Below are positions 24,272 to 33,860 of a stretch of DNA of 64,000 bases, in pieces; position 1 is the stretch's first letter; each line of letters begins with the position of its first letter. Origin of the DNA: Podarcis muralis (Eukaryota); assembly GCF_964188315.1 (NCBI RefSeq), contig NC_135667.1:24924001-24988000 (forward strand). The letters run 5' to 3'. The notes beneath the pieces were generated by a model. That model worked only from the letters and a program-made list of their open reading frames with translations, was not told where the DNA came from and did not search any database. The translations under genes and the position numbers were made by a program.

Positions 24272-25249
24272 ATGGACCAAAGCAAAGACCAAACTATAGC
24301 TAACCAATCCTTTGTTTCAGAGTTTCTACTCCTGGAATTCTCAAAAGTTTGGGAATTTCAGATAATACACTTTGTAATATTCCTGGTATTGTACTTGGCA
24401 ATTGTAACAGGGAATCTTCTCATCATCTCTGTAGTAGCCTTTGACCATCGTCTGCACACCCCAATGTACCTCTTTCTAATGAACTTAGCCATGCAGGACC
24501 TGGGCCAAGTTTCAGTCATTATTCCCAAATCCATGGCCAATTCACTCATGAATTCTAGGCACATTTCTTATTCCGGATGCGTTGCTCAAGTCCTATTCTT
24601 CACCTTCTTCATATCTACTGATTTTTTCCTCCTCATAGTCATGGCCTATGATCGGTATGTTGCTATTTGCAACCCACTGCAATATCACATGGTGATGAAC
24701 AGGCGAGCCTGCTCTGAAATGATTTTTACTTCATGCGTCACTGGGTTTCTTTATGCAGGTTTGCACACTGTCAGCACTTTTGCAACTCCTTTCTGCTCCA
24801 ATGTTGTCAATCAGTTTTTCTGTGAAATCCCACAGTTAGTAAAGCTTTCCTGTTCTAAGAAAAATCAGATTGAAACTGGAGTTCTGCTCTTGTTTTGTCT
24901 CTTTGGGGTAGGCTGCTTTATATTTGTTCTTGTGACATATGTACAGATTTTTAGTGCGGTGTTAAGGATGACATCTGCACAGGGAAGACAAAAGGCCTTC
25001 TCTACCTGCCTTCCACATCTCATGGTATTCTCCACATTTATGGTCACAGGCTTGGTTTCCTATTTGAGTCCCATGACTAATACAGCAACACATTTAAATT
25101 TGTTTTTTACTGTGATATATTCTGTGGTCCCACCTTTGCTGAACCCACTGATTTACAGCATAAGAAATAAAGAGATCAAGGCTGTTTTGTCAAATATGTT
25201 AAGGTTGAAAACATCTTCAAATAAATTTGTTTTTAGTTTACTAATATAG
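24272..25249 (+). CDS. Olfactory receptor, class II, OR14-like (325 aa), intact
   Basis: Full OR motif set; acceptor TTTTTGCAG at 24266 just upstream of the ATG. Confidence 0.96.
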   Translation: MDQSKDQTIANQSFVSEFLLLEFSKVWEFQIIHFVIFLVLYLAIVTGNLLIISVVAFDHRLHTPMYLFLMNLAMQDLGQVSVIIPKSMANSLMNSRHISYSGCVAQVLFFTFFISTDFFLLIVMAYDRYVAICNPLQYHMVMNRRACSEMIFTSCVTGFLYAGLHTVSTFATPFCSNVVNQFFCEIPQLVKLSCSKKNQIETGVLLLFCLFGVGCFIFVLVTYVQIFSAVLRMTSAQGRQKAFSTCLPHLMVFSTFMVTGLVSYLSPMTNTATHLNLFFTVIYSVVPPLLNPLIYSIRNKEIKAVLSNMLRLKTSSNKFVFSLLI

Positions 25250-26195
25250 AAATTAATATAGTCATTTTCTTTAGGTATGGATATGAGTGTCACATGGATG
25301 TTTCATATTGATTTCAATGGGACCAAATAAAACTAAATCTGAATCCATCAATTGGTTGTTGTCTAACTATATGGATCTGCTAACATAAGGGTCTACATAA
25401 ACGAACTTCTACTACTTCTTGTCTTCCTGTGCATGCTTATGCCCTTCTAAATTTGTTCTTGGAGGTCCCCCAATGTCTCCAGAGTGGGAAAATGCATGCC
25501 TCCACCCTTCACTTCATCATAGACCACATTGTTCCCCAAGGTAGACTCCCTGAGCATTTTGTTGAAAGACCAGCCACACCACCACAGCTACTCTGCCATT
25601 GCTTTGCATCGTTCCCAGGTGTGCCACAACTGCAAAGTCACCGTCAACTGGCAGATCGATCTGGAGCTCTATGTCTCCTATGTGTACCTCAGCTTGTTCT
25701 ACTATTTTGACTATGATGATATGGCCCTGAATAGCATTGCCAAGTACTTCCTATTTCTTTTTGAAAAACAGCTTTGACATTTTGCAAACCTTTCTGAGGA
25801 TTTTTACAATCAAGTGGTGTATAAATTTTATGAAATAAATAAATTATTTATGCAAACACACATAACACAATCTAATTGAATATTTAGTGTACATAAGGAT
25901 GTTTATTTATTTAATGGATTTATACCCCTCCTTTTGGTGAGGGATTATACCAAGGTAGCAAACACAAATATATACATTGAATGTACAACAATATATAAAT
26001 TCATAATTAACATTAATGGTTTAAAGTATGTTTAATTCTTCATTGAATAGCAGCCACAAATTCTGGTACTCACTTGTGTATTGTTCTCAAGACTGTTCCA
26101 CAATAACTGCTCTTTGCAATCACATGCTTCCATTGACCTTCTATTTGAACATCTTTTTATTGAGATATAAGGAACTATATTATAAGTCCTATTTT

Positions 26196-26304
26196 TTGTT
26201 GTTGTTTAGTCGTTTAGTCGTGTCCGACTCTTCGTGATCCCATGGACCAGAGCACGCCAGGCACCTCTGTCCTCCACTACCTCCCGCAGTTTGGTCAAAC
26301 TCAT
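26196..26304 (-). mobile_element. RTE-BovB 3' fragment (duplicated at 33819-33927)
   Basis: TTGTTGTTTAGTCGTTTAGTCGTGTCCGACTC...GGTCAAACTCAT. Confidence 0.8.
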
Positions 26305-26887
26305 ACTCCTATTTTTACTCACCTGTAAATCCTGCAAACAAACAGAGCAAGGAGAGATAAGTGCAGTAAGCTCCACCCATCCCCAACATTTCTATCTTTT
26401 TACCCTCTGACTTGTCATGAAGGAATGGGACTGTTTAAAAAGAAATGAACATTTTGCAAGCAGTTGGGTTTGAGAATAATGGAGTTAATTTGCTTCCTGA
26501 AGTCAACCATGTATTGCAGGTGATCACTTCAGGAGATGTTAAAATGAGGAAGTAAAACATGGATTTGAGGCAGCCTGATCTATAAAGAGGATAAAGGACT
26601 CTAACTGAAATAATTTTGCTTAATGGAATTTTTGCAAATAGAAACCCCTTAGATAAGACTAGCAGGATGCTTTTATTGTGTTTGTACACCTAATTCAGCT
26701 GAATCCCAAACCAAGTGGAGTAATTGGGGGATACCATGGATTGCAACACTGAATGGAAAGGAAAGTTGGATGATAATGAAGGTGAGGAGGATAAATAGGC
26801 CAAACTTCACTCCAATTAACTCAATGTTTGCCTTAAAATTAAGAATTCCATTGTCTAGTCTATCCATGTCAATAATGTGTTCTAATT

Positions 26888-27860
26888 CAAGCTAAACAAA
26901 CCCAACTCCCTCAACTGTTCCTCATAAAGCTTCCTTTCCAGACTCTTGGTTATCTTGGCCACCATTCTTTGCACATATTCCAGCTTGTCATGATCCTTCT
27001 TAAATTGTGAAACCCAGAACTACACAATATTCTAGATGTGATCTGACCAAGGCAGAATAAAGTGATACTATTACTTCCCTTGATTGGGACACTATACTTC
27101 TGCTGATGCAGCCTAGAATAGCATTATATTTATTTTTTTGCTGTTAAAACACACTGTTGACACATCTTAAGCTTGTGGTCTTCTAAGACCCCTAGATCCT
27201 TTTCACATGTACTACTGGCAATCCAGTGATTTAGTGCAGTTGTTTCTTCCTGTCAAATGTGGAACCTTACATTTGTCCCTACTGAAATTCATTTTTTTTA
27301 GTTTGGGCCCAGGTCTGCAATCTGTTAAGGTTATATTGAATCCTGATTCTGTCTTTCATGGCATTAGCAACCCCTCCCAGTTTGGTGTCATCTGCAAACT
27401 TGATGAGCATCCCCTCAATTCCTTCGACCAAGTCATTTATAAAGACATTGAACAACAATGAGCTCAGGACAGAACCCTGTGGCACCCTACTTGTCACTTG
27501 TTTCCAGGATTAGGTGTACTCTTTGGATTGGGTCAGCCAGCCAGCTACAAATCCAACTAACAGTTACCCCACTCAACCCACATTTTACCAGCTTCTTCCC
27601 AAAAATATCACTTTGCCAAAAGTCTTACTGAAATCAAGTTACACTACGTCCACAGCATTCCCCTGATCCACCAAGCTTGATACTCAATCCATCAAAAAAA
27701 GAAAAGAAAAAAAGGAATAAAGAAATGAGATTTGTCTGGCATGACTTGTTTTTTAGAAACCCATGCTGGGTCTTGGTAATCACATCATCCTTTTCTATGT
27801 CCCCACAGACTGACTGTTGAATTATCTGTTCTCAAACTTTTCCTGGTATCAATGTCAAGA
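26888..27860 (-). mobile_element. CR1 LINE fragment, RT region (duplicated at ~34511-35483)
   Basis: VPQGSVLSSLLFNVFINDLVEGIEGMLIKFADDTKLGG is the CR1 RT PQG and FADD signature. Confidence 0.9.
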
Positions 27861-27898
27861 ACTTAGGCATGTGCCTCATCTGTTTTCCTTAAATATGA

Positions 27899-28655
27899 TG
27901 TCAGGGGTTCAGGAGCAGAGGGACAGGAGAGGGAGGAAGTAGAGACCGAGGGAGAGGAATCTGAGGGAGAAGTCAGCGAGGGTAGCCATCCGAGGTCTCT
28001 AAGTCTCTCCAGTGAATCAGAGGATTCACAGAAAGGGGCCCCAGTGGTCAGAGCCAGGGGGTTGCCAGAGGGAACACCCCAGGAAGGAGGGGCCAGAGGG
28101 GACTCAGAGAGCAGCAGCTGGAAATCGGGACCAACTTTCCCACCGGAGAGCAGTAAGGGGGAGGAGTCCCAAACATCGGCAGCAGGCAGCCTTCCGTCAG
28201 CGGAAGGACATGAGTCAGGGTTAGCCACGCCTGCATCAGAGAGCGAGGTAACGGTCAAAAGGAAGGTCAGGGGCAGCGCGCGCGCGCCAAGTTCAAATGT
28301 ACAGGAGGGGGGCGCAATGGGCAGTCCGGAGAGAGAGCCGGGTCCCAAAGCCCGCCGGAGAGAAGGGGAGGAGTCCGAAGGGTCCGCTTCCGAGGCATCC
28401 CGGAAAGAAGGCACCCAGGGGGGTAGTAGGACCCAGAGGAGGAAGGAGAAACGTAGAAGGTGGAGTAAGGCTAGAGTCTTAAGCTGGTGTACAGGGGGCG
28501 GAGACTCAGACGAGGCTTCGCTGGTCTAGGGTTTAGACGTAGAGACGCACGCTAGTGTTTGGAAATGGAAACTAAATGCCAATAAAGACTTCTGTACAGT
28601 TCTAATGGCTAGCGTTGGTCTTCTGTGAGCTGAGACCGGGAGGCAGTCTCTGACA
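27899..28655 (+). repeat. 5' LTR (757 bp)
   Basis: TG...CA termini; CTTAAG TATA-like element at ~28478; AATAAA at 28581. Confidence 0.95.
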
Positions 28656-28657
28656 GT

Positions 28658-28668
28658 AAGCCTCGTCT
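28658..28668 (+). promoter_or_regulatory. Self-priming primer binding site (Tf1 type)
   Basis: AAGCCTCGTCT is the exact reverse complement of AGACGAGGCTT at 28508-28518 inside the LTR; no TGG-initiated tRNA PBS. Confidence 0.8.
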
Positions 28669-28767
28669 CAAGTTACCATCGGTTTTCTTCGCCTCAAGCA
28701 TCGCTAAGGAAGCGAGGCAGGGAGGGTGGAAGACTGGTGCCTTGCGAGCTCACAAGAGTCAGGCAAG

Positions 28768-29844
28768 ATGACTACAGAACAGAAAATAGCTTCCCTGCAA
28801 GAAGCGGTGACGCTACTCAACGCTGAAATAATCGCATCCAGGAAGAGAGAGGAAGAAGCGGCAGCTGCATGCAGAGATCTTCAAGCCAGGTTGGAAGGGC
28901 TTGTAAAGCAGGGGATCCCAGCACCCAGGTCCGAGGGGATCGGTTTGGGGAAGAGAGGAGGCAGCATTGTATCTCATTTTGATGGGAATTTGCAGCAGTA
29001 CCCCAATTTCCGGGCAGATGTGCTGTTTGCGCTGCAGCTGCTGGAAAGAGACTTTAGAGATGAGCGGGAAAAAGTGGGGTTTATTTTGTCTCATTTGCAT
29101 GGGGACGCGAAATCATGGCTGCGCAACCTATGGAGAGATAAGGATCCGGCCCTCCAAAGCGCAGATGCGTTCATTAAGGCGATGGACTCCTGTTTCTTAT
29201 CCAAAATAGACCTGGACATTGCCCGGAGGGACATATTTGGGCTAAGACAAGGGAAAGCCAGCGTAAGGCAGTATCATTCCCGGTTTTTTGCATTGGTCAA
29301 CGCGCTGAATTGGGATAAGGATTCTCCGCCGGTTAGAGACCTTTTTTGGGAGGGTCTGAATGCACAGATCAAGGATGAGATGGCAAGGGGTGAGAGACCC
29401 ACCACCACTCAGCAAGTGGTTGAAAGAGCGTTATCTATTGGGGTGAGGCAGGAAGAACGTCCGTGGAGCAAAGAAGAAGGGCGTTGGGGACGTTCACCAG
29501 CGAGAGTGCCCTCCCTCTTGCCCAGAGAGGCAGCGCGTGCGCAGTCCACGCCTCCACAGGGAGGGGGCGAGGAGCAGATGGAGATTGGCGGTGCTAGGGC
29601 TCACTCAGCTACCAGAGCCTTAACGCCGGGAGCAGTAAAATCGAAGCTGCCTAGAAGGAACAGGAAGTGCTATATATGTGAGAGTGCAGAGCACATGGCG
29701 AAAGAGTGTCCCCAGAGGAGTTTCAAGCACACTGCAGCTTCAGTGACAGTATTGGAAACAACTCAGCAGAGAGCACCACAGCAGGGAAACGACCAGGTCT
29801 GGCTGGAAGAGGAGGTACTGGGGCCCAGCCAGACGAGTCAGTGA
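28768..29844 (+). CDS. gag: Gag (capsid-like domain plus CCHC zinc knuckle), 358 aa from the first ATG
   Basis: FDG motif, LRQG..SV..Y...F capsid motif, CYICESAEHMAKEC (CX2CX4HX4C). Confidence 0.93.
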   Translation: MTTEQKIASLQEAVTLLNAEIIASRKREEEAAAACRDLQARLEGLVKQGIPAPRSEGIGLGKRGGSIVSHFDGNLQQYPNFRADVLFALQLLERDFRDEREKVGFILSHLHGDAKSWLRNLWRDKDPALQSADAFIKAMDSCFLSKIDLDIARRDIFGLRQGKASVRQYHSRFFALVNALNWDKDSPPVRDLFWEGLNAQIKDEMARGERPTTTQQVVERALSIGVRQEERPWSKEEGRWGRSPARVPSLLPREAARAQSTPPQGGGEEQMEIGGARAHSATRALTPGAVKSKLPRRNRKCYICESAEHMAKECPQRSFKHTAASVTVLETTQQRAPQQGNDQVWLEEEVLGPSQTSQ

Positions 29845-32800
29845 GGAAGTCCCCAGAGATTTTGCAGCCCACAGACCCCCTCCCGCCCAAGCCAGTGGTG
29901 CAGCTAACCGCATCGCTTCAGCTGCCCAATGGACTCACCTTAGAAGTGCCTATTACAATTGACTCTGGCAGTAACGCAGACTTTATAGGATTGGAGTTCA
30001 TTCAACAACACAACGTAGCATTACTGCCAGCCACACTGCCCCTGAAGGTTGTCACGGTGGATGGCAGGGAACTGCTAGGGGGGCAGGTGGTGCAGCAGAC
30101 GCCGCCTATGGTGATGCAAATTGGGAATCACCGGGAAGTCATCAGTTTCAATGTCACCCAGCTGTCCGACACGCCTATAGTATTAGGCATGAGTTGGCTG
30201 CACAGGCACAGCCCAGCATTGGCGTGGTACCAGCGCCACCTGACTTTTGGCTCCTCCTACTGTGCAGAACACTGCATTATACCCAGCCCGGAAGGGGAAG
30301 AGGAGGACCCGCAGTTGCAGTTGGGCACGCTGCAAGCAGTACCCCACAAGTATGCGGAGTTTTTGGAGGTGTTCTGCGAGAAGGAGGCGGACAAGCTACC
30401 CCCTCACAGACCCTATGATTGCAAGATTGACCTCCTGCCGGGGGCGACGCTGCCTACTGGGAAACTGTACTCCATGTCTGAGGATGAACTGCAAGAACTC
30501 AGGGAGTTCATAGATCACAATTTGAAGCGTGGGTTCATCCGGGAGTCGAAAGCAGTGGGGGGCAGTCCCGTATTCTTTGTGAAGAAGCGGGATACGCCCC
30601 AAAAAAGACTGGTGGTGGACTTCAGAATCTTGAATTCGAAAACCAAGCCCTCAGCTTTCCCCATGCCCAAGATAGACGACTTGCTCGCGACGGTGCGGAA
30701 AGGACGCGTTTTCACCAAGCTGGATCTACGTGGCGCGTACAACTTGATTCGCATGCGCGACGGAGACGAGTGGAAGACGGCCATGTTCACGCCACTGGGC
30801 ACCTACGAATACAGAGTTATGCCCTTCGGATTACAAAATGGCTCTCACACTTTCCAAGCCTTTATGCATCACGTGCTGGCGGGGCTCCTTTACAAGAAGT
30901 GCGTATGCTTCCTGGACGACATCCTGATTTTTTCAGAATCGCGAGAGGCGCACGAGAGGGATGTCAGGGAAGTTCTGCAGAGACTGAAGGAGCACAGGCT
31001 GTACGCCAAACTGGAGAAGTGCCAGTTCGACGTGACGGAGGTGGATTTCCTGGGCTACAAGTTGTCGGACAAGGGGCTCGCCATGGACAGCGCCAAGGTT
31101 CGCGCAGTTTTGGACTGGAAGAGCCCACGCAATCGGAAGGAAGTCCAGCGGTTTGTCGGCTTTGCCAACTTTTACCGCAAGTTCATCAAGGGATTTGCCA
31201 TGCAGACAGCGGCCATCACCGACACGCTCAGCTCCAAGAAGAAGAAATTCATCTGGACGGAGCAAGCGGAGCAGTCCTTTCAGAAACTCAAGCGTCTCTT
31301 CGCGTCTGAAGAGCAGCTGCTGCATGTGAATCCCAGCAGACCCATGAGGGTGGAGACGGACGCCTCAGACAGAGCCGTGGGAGCTGTCCTGTTGCAACAA
31401 GACCAGCAGGGGGACTGGAGGCCGTGCGCCTTCTACTCGCGGAAGCTCAGCAAGTCGGAGCAGAATTACACTATCTGGGACAGGGAGTTGCTAGCCATAC
31501 ATGCAGCATTCAAGGCATGGAGGCACTTCCTCATCGGAGCCAGACATACAGTGCAGGTCCACACGGACCACAAGAATCTGGAGTACTGGCGCACGGCTAG
31601 GTTCCTCAACCAGAGACACATTAGATGGGCAGAGTTCTTCGCGGACTTCGACTTCAAGATAGAGTACATCCCAGGCGACAACAACGTGATGGCGGATGCA
31701 TTGTCCAGAAAGCCGCAATACCTGGAGGAGGCGGCACCGTCGGCGGCCAAGCACATTTTCGCACCGGAAGCGTGGGCATGCGCGTCGGCAACCGTGGACC
31801 TGGACGCCGTACGTCGCGCGCTGCGGGAAGACCCCTTCGCACGGGCCAAGATGGAGGAGGTGCACAGGGGCACAGCGAGGGCCGACGAGTTCCAGATCCG
31901 CGATGGGTTGCTCCTCCACAAGGGAGCACTCTACGTGCCGGGAGACGACCTCCGCGCAAGGGTCCTGCAGCAGCTACACGACGCTCCCACCGCAGGGCAC
32001 TTTGGCAAAGAAAAGACTGTCGAACTCGTAGCCAGAGACTTTTGGTGGCCCAAGATGCGGGGGGAAGTAGCGGATTACGTCTCGAGATGTGACACCTGCC
32101 AAAGGGCCAAGTCAGTTCACAGACCGCCGGCGGGATTGCTGGAACCGCTGCAGACACCGTCTGAACCGTGGGAGAGGGTGGCCCTGGACTTCGTCACGGA
32201 TCTGCCCAGCTCGAGGGGAAAGACAGCAGTGCTAGTGGTGGTGGACATGTTTACTAAGATGGCACACTTCATTCCGTGTGCGAAGGTAGCCACGGCAGAG
32301 CAGACCGCCAAACTGTTCATAGACCACGTGTTCAAGGTCCACGGTCTGCCACGGTCTATTCTTTCCGACCGGGGGCGACAGTTCATCTCGAACTTCTGGC
32401 AGAAGCTGATGGGCATTCTGAACGTCAAGGTCAATTTGGCGTCGGCGAGACACCCGCAGACCAACGGACAAGCGGAGAGGGTCAACGCCGTCATGCAGCA
32501 GTACCTAAGATGCTACGCCAATCAGCAGCCCACGACATGGGTGGACTACCTGCCACTCGCCGAGTTCGCTTACAACAATACGAAGCACGTGTCGACGGGG
32601 GTGACGACGTTCTTCGCCAACAACGGGAGGCATCCCAGAACCTTCCCGGGTTTAGAGAGAGTGGGGGAGGGGGAGCCACAGGCAGCGGAAGCCTTAGCGT
32701 CAGAGTTGCAGGAAGTCCACGAACAGCTCAGGAGGCAGCTAGAACTAGCAAAGCACGCATACAAGGTGCAGGCCGACAGACACAGAAGAGTTGGGGAAGA

Positions 32801-33860
32801 CATACAGGTGGGTGACTGGGTCTGGCTAGCAGCGCAAGCAGTGCCGACCAGATCATTAGCTAAGAAGAAGCTAGGACATAAGCAGCTAGGACCTTACCAA
32901 GTCCAGGCGCAGGTCAATCCAGTAGCCTTCCGGTTGGCTCTTCCGGAGGGTTCCAGAATGCATCCGGTGTTCCATAGATCGGTGCTCACGCCCTACAAAG
33001 CACCTCATAGGTTTCAGGAGCCGGACACAGCACCAGACCAGAGCAGTGAAGGGCCCAGAGTGAGGGGGCCGCCTAGGAAGGGACACATCAATGAGGTCAC
33101 AGAGATTTTGGACTCCAGATGGGGGGAAGAGGGAGTAGAATATTTTCTAGCCAGAGAGGGTACCCCGGCCAGTGCCAACAGCTGGGTACCGGACTATGCC
33201 TTGGAGGAACCGCTGCTCAAAGAGGAGTTTCATGCCCTCTTCCCGCACAGGCCCATGCCAGCAGAGTATTTCGATGACTGGCTTTTCACACCCACTCTTT
33301 CAGCCAGCACATTCCTGGGGTTCGACTCGGACGAGGAACAGGCACCAGTCCCCAGCTCTCAGGTGGGTTCGCCACCGGGGTCTGCCTCAGACCACTCGTA
33401 TTGGTGGGACGATCAACCAGAGGAGCAGTGGCGCAGGAAGTGGCTGAGGGGTCCTTGGATGGGACCACCCGAAGAGGGGGAGAGGGGCGAGACGGACATG
33501 GACGTGTTGGGGGACAACGTGGGGTTCGAGCATGAAGACAGAGAGATGGAAGCAGAGGAGAGCGACGTTGACGAGTACATGGGGGATGAACTGTATCCGG
33601 CAAGCACCCCCGCGACGACGGAGCACCCAGTACCCGCACAGGAAGGAGGGGAGGGGGGAAGGGGGGGCTTCGAGGGGGGGATGGATGTATTGTGTATTGT
33701 GTATTGTTCTCAAGACTGTTCCACAATAACTGCTCTTTGCAATCACATGCTTCCATTGACCTTCTATTTGAACATCTTTTTATTGAGATATAAGGAACTA
33801 TATTATAAGTCCTATTTTTTGTTGTTGTTTAGTCGTTTAGTCATGTCCGACTCTTCGTGA
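29706..33860 (+). CDS. pol: Pol polyprotein (protease, RT, RNase H, integrase, chromodomain), probably expressed as a -1 Gag-Pol fusion from ~29790
   Basis: IDSGS protease; KLDLRGAY, MPFGL and FLDD RT; TDAS...ELLAI...TDHKNL...ADALSR RNase H; HHCC, D-D-E and GPY integrase; EILDSR..EYF..SWV chromodomain; 1384 open codons. Confidence 0.97.
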   Translation: MSPEEFQAHCSFSDSIGNNSAESTTAGKRPGLAGRGGTGAQPDESVRKSPEILQPTDPLPPKPVVQLTASLQLPNGLTLEVPITIDSGSNADFIGLEFIQQHNVALLPATLPLKVVTVDGRELLGGQVVQQTPPMVMQIGNHREVISFNVTQLSDTPIVLGMSWLHRHSPALAWYQRHLTFGSSYCAEHCIIPSPEGEEEDPQLQLGTLQAVPHKYAEFLEVFCEKEADKLPPHRPYDCKIDLLPGATLPTGKLYSMSEDELQELREFIDHNLKRGFIRESKAVGGSPVFFVKKRDTPQKRLVVDFRILNSKTKPSAFPMPKIDDLLATVRKGRVFTKLDLRGAYNLIRMRDGDEWKTAMFTPLGTYEYRVMPFGLQNGSHTFQAFMHHVLAGLLYKKCVCFLDDILIFSESREAHERDVREVLQRLKEHRLYAKLEKCQFDVTEVDFLGYKLSDKGLAMDSAKVRAVLDWKSPRNRKEVQRFVGFANFYRKFIKGFAMQTAAITDTLSSKKKKFIWTEQAEQSFQKLKRLFASEEQLLHVNPSRPMRVETDASDRAVGAVLLQQDQQGDWRPCAFYSRKLSKSEQNYTIWDRELLAIHAAFKAWRHFLIGARHTVQVHTDHKNLEYWRTARFLNQRHIRWAEFFADFDFKIEYIPGDNNVMADALSRKPQYLEEAAPSAAKHIFAPEAWACASATVDLDAVRRALREDPFARAKMEEVHRGTARADEFQIRDGLLLHKGALYVPGDDLRARVLQQLHDAPTAGHFGKEKTVELVARDFWWPKMRGEVADYVSRCDTCQRAKSVHRPPAGLLEPLQTPSEPWERVALDFVTDLPSSRGKTAVLVVVDMFTKMAHFIPCAKVATAEQTAKLFIDHVFKVHGLPRSILSDRGRQFISNFWQKLMGILNVKVNLASARHPQTNGQAERVNAVMQQYLRCYANQQPTTWVDYLPLAEFAYNNTKHVSTGVTTFFANNGRHPRTFPGLERVGEGEPQAAEALASELQEVHEQLRRQLELAKHAYKVQADRHRRVGEDIQVGDWVWLAAQAVPTRSLAKKKLGHKQLGPYQVQAQVNPVAFRLALPEGSRMHPVFHRSVLTPYKAPHRFQEPDTAPDQSSEGPRVRGPPRKGHINEVTEILDSRWGEEGVEYFLAREGTPASANSWVPDYALEEPLLKEEFHALFPHRPMPAEYFDDWLFTPTLSASTFLGFDSDEEQAPVPSSQVGSPPGSASDHSYWWDDQPEEQWRRKWLRGPWMGPPEEGERGETDMDVLGDNVGFEHEDREMEAEESDVDEYMGDELYPASTPATTEHPVPAQEGGEGGRGGFEGGMDVLCIVYCSQDCSTITALCNHMLPLTFYLNIFLLRYKELYYKSYFLLLFSRLVMSDSS
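29784..29856 (+). promoter_or_regulatory. -1 ribosomal frameshift signal: slippery G GGA AAC plus predicted H-type pseudoknot
   Basis: Heptamer at 29784-29790 in the gag frame; stem 1 GTCTGGCTGG (29797-29806) / CCAGCCAGAC (29825-29834); stem 2 CTGGGG (29818-29823) / CCCCAG (29851-29856). Confidence 0.85.
33646..33685 (+). promoter_or_regulatory. Polypurine tract
   Basis: GGAGGGGAGGGGGGAAGGGGGGG-CTTC-GAGGGGGGGATGGA immediately before TGT. Confidence 0.8.

Larger units (their letters stand above)
26074..28655 (+). repeat. Left copy of a 2.58-kb direct repeat (1.83 kb host DNA plus LTR)
   Basis: All track ORFs recur at a constant offset of 7623 bp; one substitution seen (GTCGTG vs GTCATG at 26220/33843). 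Confidence 0.95.

Noticed and set aside
26050-26076. Left flank of X as the continuation of the L1 ORF1 relic right of the element
   Set aside because: Needs a frameshift and has only a faint IE..H resemblance; the junction at 27898 gives an open frame instead. Kept only as the alternative model.
27863-28414. 183-aa antisense ORF in the LTR (also 35486-36037)
   Set aside because: Low-complexity S/P/L shadow of the purine-rich sense frame; no recognisable domain.
28656-28675. tRNA primer binding site
   Set aside because: No TGG start; explained by complementarity to the LTR (self-priming).
30194-33756. Many 60-180 aa alternative-frame and antisense ORFs inside pol
   Set aside because: Expected by-products of GC-rich coding sequence; no motifs.
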